In this document: positions 19,561 to 28,895 of the stretch, piece after piece
Numbering within the stretch: position 1 is the stretch's first letter
Layout of the letters: every line of letters begins with the position of its first letter
DNA from: Arenicellales bacterium
GTDB lineage: Bacteria > Pseudomonadota > Gammaproteobacteria > Arenicellales > JAJDZL01
Direction of reading: 5' to 3'
DNA length: 64,000 nucleotides
Assembly: GCA_965220725.1 (NCBI GenBank)
Contig: OZ244840.1
Span: 2,560,552-2,624,551, forward strand
Position numbers and translations under genes: made by a program
The notes under the pieces: model-generated
Seen by the model: only the letters and a program-made list of their open reading frames with translations
The model's database searches: none
What the model was told of the DNA's origin: nothing

Positions 19561-20595
19561 ATGGTAAAACTCGTAAGAAACAGTCTGATTGCGGCAGTCA
19601 CAATACTGTTTGCACATTCAGTTCATGCTGCCGGTGAGTTGCATATCTTCAATTGGGGTGACTACACCAATCCGGATTTGGTGGCGAAATTTGAGCAGAT
19701 GTATGACGTCAAGGTCACCATCACGGATTATGACTCGAATGAGACCGCACTGGCGAAAGTCCGGCCCGGCGGGCACGGCTTTGACATCGTCGTGCCGACT
19801 TCGACCCATATGCCGATTTGGATTGAGGAAGGGTTGCTGATGAAGACCAATCCCAACCAGATGGACAACTTCGCCAATGTCGCCGACCAGTGGAAAGATC
19901 CCGACTGGGAACCCGGCCGACAGTACAGCGTGCCCTGGACCTGGGGCAGCACCGGAATCTCAGTCAATACCGCCATGTATGGTGGTGACATCAATACATC
20001 GGAGCTGTTCTTCAATCCGCCGGCTGAACTGCATGGCAAGATCAACATCGTGCCCGAGATGGGTGATGTGATGTTCATGGCGATCATGTATCACGGTGGA
20101 GAGCCCTGCACCAGCGACAAGGATGTGCTGCGAAAGGTCAGGGACACCCTGATGTCAGCCAAGGGGACCTGGAAGTCCATTGACTACGGAACGAAAGAGA
20201 AACTGGTCAGCGGTGATGTTGCCGTGTCCATGAACTGGAACGGTTACAGCAAGCGTGCACGCGAGGAGAACAACGACATCGCCTACGGCTATCCCCGGCA
20301 GGGATATCCGCTCTGGATGGACAATGTCGTGGTGTTGGCCGATGCGAAGAACGTCGAGAATGCCAAGCTGTTTCAGAATTTCCTGATGGCGCCTGAAAAC
20401 GCAGCCATGATTTCCGCATTTGCTCAGTATGCAAACGGTATTGCGGGATCAGAAGCGTATATGCCGGCAGATCTTGCACAGGCACCCGAGATTGCTATTC
20501 CCGATGACTTGAAATCTGCGGGTGTGTTTGTGCCGCCCTGTCCACCGGAAGCACAACAGTTGTATACCGCTATTTGGACCGAAGTCCAAAAGTAA
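19561..20595 (+). CDS. potD: periplasmic polyamine (spermidine/putrescine)-binding protein
   Basis: AGGAGG RBS upstream of the ATG at 19561. Signal peptide ...AHSVHA, then LHIFNWGDYTNPDLV, typical of the PotD/PotF family. Confidence 0.85.
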   Translation: MVKLVRNSLIAAVTILFAHSVHAAGELHIFNWGDYTNPDLVAKFEQMYDVKVTITDYDSNETALAKVRPGGHGFDIVVPTSTHMPIWIEEGLLMKTNPNQMDNFANVADQWKDPDWEPGRQYSVPWTWGSTGISVNTAMYGGDINTSELFFNPPAELHGKINIVPEMGDVMFMAIMYHGGEPCTSDKDVLRKVRDTLMSAKGTWKSIDYGTKEKLVSGDVAVSMNWNGYSKRAREENNDIAYGYPRQGYPLWMDNVVVLADAKNVENAKLFQNFLMAPENAAMISAFAQYANGIAGSEAYMPADLAQAPEIAIPDDLKSAGVFVPPCPPEAQQLYTAIWTEVQK

Positions 20596-20605
20596 GCGAG
20601 GTTGG

Positions 20606-20648
20606 CACTGCCGGAGTCGCTGGATTGATTCCGGCAGTGTTTTTATTT
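20606..20648 (+). terminator. rho-independent terminator after potD
   Basis: CACTGCCGG / CCGGCAGTG 9-bp stem followed by TTTTTATTT. Confidence 0.8.
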
Positions 20649-20713
20649 GGGTTTTAGATTTGATCCCACGTTGAACACGGTCTGAACAACAACGAGATAT
20701 TGAGGAGTCGGTC

Positions 20714-21748
20714 ATGAAGGTTTATCGCAGCGAAAAGCACAAACTGCACTTTCCAAAGGGTGAGTTGTATGGCGGCGAATTGGTCAGGCCGTTTGAATGT
20801 CCCGAACGATGGGATTATGTGGTTGACCGATTGTCCGAACAGGGTTATTCGGAGTTTCTGGAGCCCGGTGACTTCGAGGTCGGACTCGTCCAGAGAATCC
20901 ACTCACCGGATTTTCTTGAGTTTCTGGAGACCGCCTGGGACAGTTGGCATGCAGAGGGCATGAGCGGGGAGGCGATTCCCACCGTCATTCCGGCCAGGCG
21001 CATGCAGAGCGACCGAATCCCCAATCACATCGACGGCAAACTGGGTTACTATTGCATGGCGATAGAAACCGCGATCACATCGGGCACCTGGGAAGCCGCC
21101 AAGTCCGCTGCTGCATGCGCGATTTCCGCGCAGCGTGCCGTTGCGAGTGACCGAACCGCATTTGCATTGTGCCGGCCACCCGGACACCATGCAGGCAAGG
21201 ACCTTTATGGTGGGTATTGCTTCATGAACAATGCCGCCATTGCGGTGGAGGGATTCCTGCAAAGCGGTGCCGGCCGCGTGGCGTTGCTGGATGTGGATTT
21301 CCATCATGGAAACGGCAGTCAGGACATTTTCTACGACCGGAACGATGTGCTGTTTTGTTCATTGCACGGCCAGCCCGAGGATGCCTTCCCGCATTTTCTG
21401 GGATACACCGATGAAACCGGAGCTGGAAATGGCGAGGGATTCAATCGCAACTACCCATTGCCACCCAACACGCAGTTCTCGGTTTGGTTTGATGCCATGC
21501 AGGATGCCTGTCGCCGTATCCGGGATTTTGCACCGGATGCGCTTGTGGTATCGCTGGGCGTGGATACCTTCAAGGATGATCCGATCAGTTTCTTCAAGCT
21601 GGACAGCGACGATTTCACTCGATATGGCGAGGAGATCGGCCGGCTTGGACTTCCGACCCTGTTCATCATGGAAGGGGGTTATGCCGTGTCGGAAATCGGA
21701 CTCAATACTGTCAATGTGCTCGACGGCTATCGGATGACCGCAAATTAA
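20714..21748 (+). CDS. histone deacetylase-family enzyme, likely acetylpolyamine amidohydrolase
   Basis: 344 aa with the RPPGHHA and DVDFHHGNG motifs of the arginase/HDAC fold. Its size and position next to the polyamine transporter fit an APAH. Confidence 0.75.
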   Translation: MKVYRSEKHKLHFPKGELYGGELVRPFECPERWDYVVDRLSEQGYSEFLEPGDFEVGLVQRIHSPDFLEFLETAWDSWHAEGMSGEAIPTVIPARRMQSDRIPNHIDGKLGYYCMAIETAITSGTWEAAKSAAACAISAQRAVASDRTAFALCRPPGHHAGKDLYGGYCFMNNAAIAVEGFLQSGAGRVALLDVDFHHGNGSQDIFYDRNDVLFCSLHGQPEDAFPHFLGYTDETGAGNGEGFNRNYPLPPNTQFSVWFDAMQDACRRIRDFAPDALVVSLGVDTFKDDPISFFKLDSDDFTRYGEEIGRLGLPTLFIMEGGYAVSEIGLNTVNVLDGYRMTAN

Positions 21749-21826
21749 TTCTACCCTGAAAGCGGTTTGATTGGCCGTAAGTCTGTCGTCTGCGCCCGAC
21801 AGTCAACAGTAACAAGAAATCCATCA

Positions 21827-22627
21827 ATGAATCGGTATCTCGACCTCGACCGATATCCACTCCATCAGGCTGGCAGTCAGGCCCTCAAGGATCTTGTTGT
21901 TCGCTGTCGTTGCGAATTTCATACAACCGGGATGTTCAATCTCGCTGAAATGGTTCGGCCGGACACAGTCCGACAATCGGTTCGGGAAATGGAGCCACTG
22001 TTTGAAACCAGCGCATACCTGCACCGCAGGCAGCATAACATCTATTTCGATGACGAATTCAGTGAGCTGGAGCCCGACCATCCGGCATTGCGTACACTGC
22101 GAACAGAAAATCGCAAGCTGTGTGCCGATCAGATTGCATTCAGTGCCGTCACAAAAATCTACGAGTGGCAGCCACTGATTGATTTCCTGGCTGCAGTCCT
22201 GGAAAAACCTGCACTGTATACGATGGACGATCCGCTTGCGCGAATCAATGTGATGACGTATGCGCCAGGACAGGTGCTGAACTGGCATTTCGACCGGGCG
22301 GAGTTCACCACCACCTTGCTGTTGCAGTCTGCGACCGTGGGTGGTGAGTTTCAGTACCGAAGTGACCTCAGAAGCGACATGGACGCAAATTATCAAGGCG
22401 TGGCGCAGTTGCTTGCGGGTGAGGACCCTGAGGTCAGGACGCTGCCACTCTCACCTGGTACGTTGAACGTATTCAAAGGCCACAATTCAGCGCACCGCAT
22501 CACTCCTGTCGGACCTGGTCAGCCTCGCATTGTTGTTGTATTCAGTTATTTTGAGAAAGAAAACGCGAACTTCAGCGATGCTGAACGATTGTATTTCTAT
22601 GGACGAACGGGGCAGGAGTTATCGTAG
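21827..22627 (+). CDS. putative Fe(II)/2-oxoglutarate-dependent oxygenase-like protein
   Basis: NWHFDRAE (H-x-D) and a distal NSAHRITPV (H..R) are spaced as in 2OG oxygenases. Family assignment is tentative. The ATG at 21827 is preferred over the track start 21767. Confidence 0.45.
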   Translation: MNRYLDLDRYPLHQAGSQALKDLVVRCRCEFHTTGMFNLAEMVRPDTVRQSVREMEPLFETSAYLHRRQHNIYFDDEFSELEPDHPALRTLRTENRKLCADQIAFSAVTKIYEWQPLIDFLAAVLEKPALYTMDDPLARINVMTYAPGQVLNWHFDRAEFTTTLLLQSATVGGEFQYRSDLRSDMDANYQGVAQLLAGEDPEVRTLPLSPGTLNVFKGHNSAHRITPVGPGQPRIVVVFSYFEKENANFSDAERLYFYGRTGQELS

Positions 22628-22862
22628 TGCTGACTGGGCTTGCCAATTTGCTTCGTGAATTGAAACAATCAAGCCAAAGAGATCGAGTTGCTGGAGGAAT
22701 ATTCGTCAGTTATTTCATTGACCTTTAAAGTCGGTTCGCTGTTTGCATCTACATACGGTGAGAACGTAGTCCTCTTTATCGTTTCGTCATTGAGTAAAAT
22801 AGATTTACCAGAGATTTCATTCAACCAAAGCCGAGTCAGTTTTCAATTCTGTAGATAACGCC

Positions 22863-24428
22863 ATGCGCAAGTTCAACACTGCAGGCCCCATCAAACCAAA
22901 GAAACACTATTTCATTCCTCCGTTGGAGCGTCTTGACCTTGAGTTTGTACTTGATCTGATAGATCAGATGAAGTTTTTTGTATTGCATGCGCCGCGTCAG
23001 ACAGGAAAAACCACAATCTTACGTGCGTTGCGTGATGAATTGAACCGCTCTGGACAATACCGTTGCGTATATTTTAATATTGAAGCAGGTCAAGCGGGCA
23101 GAGATGATATTCAAACAGCGATGAGAGCGATCTTGAGTCGATTAGCATTCGCCGCAGAAACTACCCTTGATGACTTTTTCATTGAGGACAATTATCAGAA
23201 ACTCTTAAAAAAATCCGGACCGCTTGAAGCACTGAGTCTAATCCTCAGCAGGTGGGCAAATAAGTCTGACAAGCCGTTGGTTTTGCTGATTGATGAAGTC
23301 GATGCCTTGGTGGGTGATACCCTGATTTCAGTACTTCGTCAATTACGCAGTGGTTATGCCGAACGTCCAGAATATTTTCCACAAACTGTAGTGCTGTGTG
23401 GTGTTCGGGATATCCGGGATTATCGAATTCATTCCCAATCAGAGAAGGAAATCATAACCGGTGGCAGTGCGTTTAATGTGAAGGCAGAGGTGCTGCGGTT
23501 GGGAGATTTCAGTTTTGAAGAGACTAGTTCACTGCTTGAGCAGCATACAAAGGAAACTGGACAGCATTGGTCTGAAGGAACAATTGAAGAAGTGTGGAGA
23601 CTGACCCAGGGTCAGCCTTGGTTGGTAAATGCATTGGCGTACCAAGTATGTGAAAGTGTAAGCGACGTTAACCAGCCGATTGAAATAAACGACATTGTAG
23701 AAGCAAGAGAAAAGCTGATTCTCCGCCGGGACACGCACTTGGATCAGTTGGCAGAAAAACTCAAGGAGCAGCGCGTCCGAAGCGTCATTGAACCACTGTT
23801 GACTGGTAATTTAGACTCGGTCAGGCATCCAAGCCATGATCTTGAGTATGTTCGAGATCTTGGTTTGATCAAACTTGATATGCCAATCCGTATCGCCAAT
23901 CCGATCTATCAGGAGGTCATTCCTCGAGAGTTGTCATGGGAAAGAGAACAGGAATTTCCGCAGAATACCGCTTGGTATATCGATGATGGCGTGATCAGGG
24001 TGGACAAGTTGCTGACGGACTTTCAGGAATTTTTCCAAATGCATTCCGAGCATTGGGTCGAGCGGTTTGAGTACAAGGAAGCCGGTCCGCAATTGCTGTT
24101 ACAGGCTTTCTTACAGCGCGTCGTCAATAGCGGCGGGCGGATCGAACGGGAATACGGAATGGGACATAGGAGGACGGACCTGCTGATCATTTGGCCAAGT
24201 GAGAACGGTACAACGAAAACAGTCATAGAATGCAAACTTATGCATGGCAGTTTGGAAGGCACCATCAAAAAGGGGCTTGAGCAGACTTACGCCTATATGG
24301 ACCGATGTAGTGCGGAGCAAGGTCATCTGGTTATCTTTGATCGATCTGAAGACAAGCTCTGGGGCGAAAAAATATTCTGTCGAAGTGAGACTGTCAATGG
24401 TGCTTCAATCACTGTTTGGGGAATGTGA
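22863..24428 (+). CDS. AAA-like ATPase with C-terminal PD-(D/E)XK nuclease-like domain
   Basis: The N-terminal FNTAGPIKPKKHYFIPP is typical of orphan AAA-like ATP-binding proteins. Walker A is PRQTGKTT and Walker B is LVLLIDEVD. The C-terminal ...RTDLLIIWP...KTVIECKL resembles a D...E-x-K nuclease core. Confidence 0.5.
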   Translation: MRKFNTAGPIKPKKHYFIPPLERLDLEFVLDLIDQMKFFVLHAPRQTGKTTILRALRDELNRSGQYRCVYFNIEAGQAGRDDIQTAMRAILSRLAFAAETTLDDFFIEDNYQKLLKKSGPLEALSLILSRWANKSDKPLVLLIDEVDALVGDTLISVLRQLRSGYAERPEYFPQTVVLCGVRDIRDYRIHSQSEKEIITGGSAFNVKAEVLRLGDFSFEETSSLLEQHTKETGQHWSEGTIEEVWRLTQGQPWLVNALAYQVCESVSDVNQPIEINDIVEAREKLILRRDTHLDQLAEKLKEQRVRSVIEPLLTGNLDSVRHPSHDLEYVRDLGLIKLDMPIRIANPIYQEVIPRELSWEREQEFPQNTAWYIDDGVIRVDKLLTDFQEFFQMHSEHWVERFEYKEAGPQLLLQAFLQRVVNSGGRIEREYGMGHRRTDLLIIWPSENGTTKTVIECKLMHGSLEGTIKKGLEQTYAYMDRCSAEQGHLVIFDRSEDKLWGEKIFCRSETVNGASITVWGM

Positions 24429-24600
24429 TCGACAGTCAAGTCTGCTGTCGGATTTGAATCTATGAATCAAACCCAGTTGAGGAAATTCTTCCTTCCAATG
24501 CTGACAGCAATCGCCAAACGCAGCGAAAATCTCAATGACGGGGTTTTATGATTTTGAATATAATCCGCGCTTTTATCGGAATTCTTGGAGAATTGAATCA

Positions 24601-24852
24601 ATGGTCGTAATCCGACTGGCCCGTGGTGGTGCGAAGAAAAGACCTTTTTATTCGGTCGTTGTGGCGGATAGCCGACGTGCCTCAACAGGGAAATTCATTG
24701 AGCGGATAGGGTTTTTCAACCCGATTGCCAGTGCACATGAGGAAAGCCTGAAAATTGATCTTGATCGGGTGGATTACTGGGTTGCCAATGGCGCGCAGTT
24801 GTCCGACCGCGTTGGCAAGCTGGTGCGATCCCTCAGAGCCAGCGCAACCTGA
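24601..24852 (+). CDS. rpsP: 30S ribosomal protein S16
   Basis: [17 protein letters not shown]... is the canonical S16 N-terminus. First gene of the rpsP-rimM-trmD-rplS operon. Confidence 0.95.
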   Translation: MVVIRLARGGAKKRPFYSVVVADSRRASTGKFIERIGFFNPIASAHEESLKIDLDRVDYWVANGAQLSDRVGKLVRSLRASAT

Positions 24853-24857
24853 ATCTG

Positions 24858-25370
24858 GTGTCACGCGGCGCCGATCAACACCTGATTGTCGGCCGCGTTC
24901 TCGATGCTTTTGGGGTCAAGGGACAGATCAAGGTTCGAGCGTTCACCGACCCGCCGCAAAATCTGCTTTCCTACGAGAATTGGATACTGTCGACCGCCGA
25001 CAGCGCCGAGCGGTCATTTACAGTAACAGCAGGCAAAGTCCAGAAAAACAACGTCATCGTATCCTTGCAGGACGTGAGCACGCGTGATGAGGCGCTGGCG
25101 CTGAAAGGTGCGGACGTTCGCGTTCCTTATTCGCTCTTGCCCGAACTGCCTCCCGGAGAATACTATTGGTGTGAACTGCTTGAGCTCAAAGTCACCGATG
25201 TTGACGGGACTGAGTATGGTGTAGTCAAGGATATCATCGAAACCGGTGCCAACGACGTGTTGGTGGTCAATGGTGATAAAACGCACCTGATTCCCTACAT
25301 CAACCAGGTGATCCTGGAAGTGGACCTGGAACAGGGCACAATGCGCGTTGATTGGTTTGAGGAATTCTAG
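24858..25370 (+). CDS. rimM: 16S rRNA processing protein RimM
   Basis: GTG start. The GRVLDAFGVKGQIKV motif and the operon position support the call. Confidence 0.9.
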   Translation: MSRGADQHLIVGRVLDAFGVKGQIKVRAFTDPPQNLLSYENWILSTADSAERSFTVTAGKVQKNNVIVSLQDVSTRDEALALKGADVRVPYSLLPELPPGEYYWCELLELKVTDVDGTEYGVVKDIIETGANDVLVVNGDKTHLIPYINQVILEVDLEQGTMRVDWFEEF

Positions 25371-25401
25371 GCGCACCTTGGAATGAAACGACTGTACGGC
25401 T

Positions 25402-26157
25402 ATGCGGATTTCAGTAGTCAGTATTTTCCCTCAGATGTTTGCTGCGGTGTCAGATTACGGTGTGGTCGGACGTGCGGTACACAGCAATCTGGTTTCGATC
25501 GATTCGGTTGACCTTCGGGAATACGGTCAGGGAGCGCACAGGCACCTGGATGACCGGCCATTTGGAGGCGGTCCGGGCATGGTCATGCTGGCGCAGCCTG
25601 TGATTGAGTGCATTGCGGACTTAAGACAGAAGTCGTCAGACGACGTACCGGTCATCTACCTGAGTCCACAGGGAAAAAGGCTGGATCATGAGAACATCTG
25701 CGAACTGGCTGAATTACCTGAAATGATTCTTTTGTGTGGAAGATATGAAGGCATCGATCAGCGTGCTTTGGATATAATTGGCGCGCAAGAGTGGTCAATC
25801 GGCGATTATGTCCTGTCTGGTGGGGAACTTGCAGCCATGGTTTTGATTGATGCTGTGGTCAGGCAGATTCCGGGCGTTCTGGGAAACCAGCAATCGCATG
25901 CCCAGGAATCCTTCACGGATGGGTTGTTGGATTGTATCCACTATACCCGCCCACAAACCATAGCAGGACATCAGGTCCCGGAGGTATTGCTGTCCGGTGA
26001 CCATGAGGCAATCCGCTACTGGCGGTTGAAACAGTCAATTGGCCGAACCTGGTTACGGCGGCCTGATCTGCTGGATAGGCAGGAGCTGAGTGAGGAACAG
26101 CAGCAGGCATTGGAAGAATTTCAGAAAGAATATGAAAAGGAGCAAACACGATGGTGA
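25402..26157 (+). CDS. trmD: tRNA (guanine37-N1)-methyltransferase
   Basis: 251 aa with conserved TrmD motifs ([22 protein letters not shown]) and the expected operon position. Confidence 0.95.
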   Translation: MRISVVSIFPQMFAAVSDYGVVGRAVHSNLVSIDSVDLREYGQGAHRHLDDRPFGGGPGMVMLAQPVIECIADLRQKSSDDVPVIYLSPQGKRLDHENICELAELPEMILLCGRYEGIDQRALDIIGAQEWSIGDYVLSGGELAAMVLIDAVVRQIPGVLGNQQSHAQESFTDGLLDCIHYTRPQTIAGHQVPEVLLSGDHEAIRYWRLKQSIGRTWLRRPDLLDRQELSEEQQQALEEFQKEYEKEQTRW

Positions 26158-26498
26158 ATGTGATTGAATCAATTGAGGCGGAACAGATCCGGGATGACAT
26201 TCCCGACTTTTCCCCTGGCGACACCGTTCGGGTGATGATTGTTGTGCGCGAAGGTAACCGAGAGCGCCAGCAGGCATTCGAGGGTGTTGTCATCGCCAAA
26301 CGGAATCGAGGCTTGAATTCCTCATTTACCGTTCGCAAGATTTCCTATGGAGAGGGCGTTGAACGGGTTTTCCAGACGCATAGCCCCCTGATCCACAGTA
26401 TTGAGGTCAAAAGACGGGGCGCAGTTCGAAGAGCCAAGTTGTATTACTTGAGGGATCGCACAGGAAAATCTGCGAGAATCAAGGAAAAAATAAAATAA
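26151..26498 (+). CDS. rplS: 50S ribosomal protein L19
   Basis: [28 protein letters not shown] matches the L19 N-terminus. Overlaps the trmD stop. Confidence 0.95.
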   Translation: MVNVIESIEAEQIRDDIPDFSPGDTVRVMIVVREGNRERQQAFEGVVIAKRNRGLNSSFTVRKISYGEGVERVFQTHSPLIHSIEVKRRGAVRRAKLYYLRDRTGKSARIKEKIK

Positions 26499-26621
26499 AC
26501 AGTTAAATATCACCAATCGTTAATGTAATGGGTCTTCTATCGGCCCCATTGTGGCTTTCGGGGTGGAGCAGCCATCAATCCTAAGTTTCTCCATTTGAAG
26601 AAACAGTTTCAGGCGAAAGGG

Positions 26622-28886
26622 ATGGTTTCGGCGTGTCTGCGCTGTGCAAATATCCGTCTATCGTCGATTTCGCTTTCCAAACATCTTTTGGCTGTTGTGG
26701 GCTGCCTGTTTGTGGTGCTGACTGCCAACGCACAGGAGACCGACGACAATCTGGCTGCTGCAAGTGAATCAGAGGTGGTGGAAATCCTGACTATTTCAAT
26801 CTCGGACTCATCAACCGAAGCTCCTGAAGCAGCTTCCACTCCAATCTCGAATACGTCAACTGACGAACCCGAAGCGGCATCCAAACAAGTCTTGGATGCG
26901 CCAACCGAAGCGCCTGAAACGACATCCATTCCAGTCTCGGACGTATCAACCGAAGCCCCTGACACGGCGTCCACCCCTGTCTTGGACTCATCAACCGAAG
27001 CCCCCGAAACCGCATCCACTCCGGTTATGGACGCGTCAACTGAAGCCCCTGACACGGCGACCACCTCAATCTCGGACGCGTCAACTCGAGACCCCGACGC
27101 GGTGTCCGCTCCTGTTTTGGACGCAACAACCCAAGTTCCTGACTTGTCATCCATTCCAACCATTGAGCTGACGGTTGACACATTTGTCGAATTTCCGTCA
27201 CGCACCACACTCGAAGAAATCGAGTCTTTGGTTGAACTGGGAATGACGCAGCTCGCACACTCGATCCTGATTCAATCCCGACCCGATTACGAGTCCTCCG
27301 ATCAGCGTGCTGAGTGGGAAAGCCTGTTTTTCGCTGTTGCCAAAACGGAAGAGGACTGGACGGGTATAGTCGAACGCGCCGAAGCGCTGTCGGATTCCAG
27401 CAATATTGAGCTCTACGCGCATGCACAGACCCAGGCCGTTGAAGCCAGGCTCCAGATGGGAGAAGTTGAGCTGGCCAAGGCAACGCTGCGGCAGTTGATC
27501 TGGGAACTCCCCTACGACCAGGACCGCATGGTGCATTGGCGGGAGCTCATGGTCCAGTGCTATCTTGCCGAAAAGTCACTTGATCAGGCGCGCATCGCGA
27601 TGTCCGTCTACGATCAGGACTATCGTCCGGGCACACCGCAGTGGGAACATCGTTATGCCAGAACCCTGTTCAATACCGGTAATCTGCAACAGGCATACGG
27701 ACGCATCGCATCGCTGCAGACGACCGAAAGCAGACTGCTGGCGCTGTACGCGGATTACAGGTCGGAAGTTCTGACACCCTTGGAGGTGGTTCATACCGGA
27801 CTGGCCATGGTATCTGAACTGAGCAATCGTCCGCTGCTTGAGGTGGAAATGTGGGCCTTGATTGAATCGGCCGCCCGCAATATCAACGACCTGGAAATAC
27901 AGGTGACCGCAATCGAAAGCGCACTGTCACTTCAATTGGACTCCGAAGTCCTTGAAACCAGACACTGGGTGATCCCACCGAATACGCTGGAACAATTGCT
28001 GGCTGCCTATGACGATCTTGCGATTTCAGTCGGCAATGATTTCAATCTCGTGGTTGGAGATGACCCGAGCTGGTATGGACTGGCGCAGGAATTTGACATT
28101 ACCGCTCCGGTCGTTGCCCGGGCCATCTATGCCTTCCTGGCACGCCAGACATCGGATACCCAGGTGTATCAGGCCGGCGTCTACGGCCTGGCCGACAGTC
28201 TGAATGGGGCGAGACTGGACAGACTGATGGAGTCGTTGTTTGTCGATTCCGAGCAGTTTGAAATCACCACCACACCGACTGCAGTGCGCACGAAGCTTGC
28301 CAACCGTGCACTTCGCCGCAAGGACTTCAAGTCCGCGCTAAGCATCATGAACACCTTGGAAGAACCTGAAGAGGCTGATCGGTTGCTCTCCTGGCGACTG
28401 CGGCGCGCGCGCGTGGCGATTGCGGTCAAGGAGTACATCGCGGCGTTTCAGCTGATTTCCCAGATGATCGACGCGTTGCATCCGGAATCCGAACCGTCGT
28501 CGATCGACCGCATCATGCAGGTGGTTTTTGACCTGCAGGAGAATGGCGTTCACGAGTTTGCGGTCACACTGTTCGAGCAGCTATACCCTAAGACGGCTAA
28601 CGTCCAGACAAGACGGGAGATTCTTCGATGGGTGTCGGAGTCGCTCGCAGAGCAGGACCGGAACGTTGAGGCTTCTGAAATGCTGATCCGTTCAGCCCGG
28701 ATGGATGGCGGATGGGACGACAATTGGGGAAAATCGGCCCGCATGCAGGCCGCGGATGAACTGGCTGTTGCCGGCCTGTATGATGACGCCAGGGTGCTTT
28801 ACACCGAACTTCGCGAGAGTTCACTTGATCCAAGAAGCAAGGCACTGATTTCGAATCGGTTGAAACTCTTGCCGGACCCGCAGTAA
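26622..28886 (+). CDS. secreted repeat-containing, helical-repeat (TPR-like) protein of unknown function
   Basis: Signal peptide ...VVLTANAQE, then 8 x 15-aa acidic S/T/P-rich repeats, then ~550 aa that are alpha-helical-repeat-like. An ATG at 26622 with an AAGGGA RBS is preferred over the TTG at 26595. Confidence 0.6.
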   Translation: MVSACLRCANIRLSSISLSKHLLAVVGCLFVVLTANAQETDDNLAAASESEVVEILTISISDSSTEAPEAASTPISNTSTDEPEAASKQVLDAPTEAPETTSIPVSDVSTEAPDTASTPVLDSSTEAPETASTPVMDASTEAPDTATTSISDASTRDPDAVSAPVLDATTQVPDLSSIPTIELTVDTFVEFPSRTTLEEIESLVELGMTQLAHSILIQSRPDYESSDQRAEWESLFFAVAKTEEDWTGIVERAEALSDSSNIELYAHAQTQAVEARLQMGEVELAKATLRQLIWELPYDQDRMVHWRELMVQCYLAEKSLDQARIAMSVYDQDYRPGTPQWEHRYARTLFNTGNLQQAYGRIASLQTTESRLLALYADYRSEVLTPLEVVHTGLAMVSELSNRPLLEVEMWALIESAARNINDLEIQVTAIESALSLQLDSEVLETRHWVIPPNTLEQLLAAYDDLAISVGNDFNLVVGDDPSWYGLAQEFDITAPVVARAIYAFLARQTSDTQVYQAGVYGLADSLNGARLDRLMESLFVDSEQFEITTTPTAVRTKLANRALRRKDFKSALSIMNTLEEPEEADRLLSWRLRRARVAIAVKEYIAAFQLISQMIDALHPESEPSSIDRIMQVVFDLQENGVHEFAVTLFEQLYPKTANVQTRREILRWVSESLAEQDRNVEASEMLIRSARMDGGWDDNWGKSARMQAADELAVAGLYDDARVLYTELRESSLDPRSKALISNRLKLLPDPQ
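26802..27161 (+). repeat. 8 x 45-nt in-frame tandem repeat (consensus xDxSTEAPExASTPV)
   Basis: Read directly from the sequence. The units are SDSSTEAPEAASTPI, SNTSTDEPEAASKQV, LDAPTEAPETTSIPV, SDVSTEAPDTASTPV, LDSSTEAPETASTPV, MDASTEAPDTATTSI, SDASTRDPDAVSAPV and LDATTQVPDLSSIPT. Confidence 0.9.
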
Positions 28887-28895
28887 GTGCCACAA

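Noticed and set aside
26609-27483. Antisense and alternate-frame ORFs across the 45-nt repeat region (26609..27208, 26791..27015, 26896..27171, 27025..27483)
   Set aside because: They are periodic artefacts of the in-frame tandem repeat. The + frame with a signal peptide and a long downstream domain is the coherent one.
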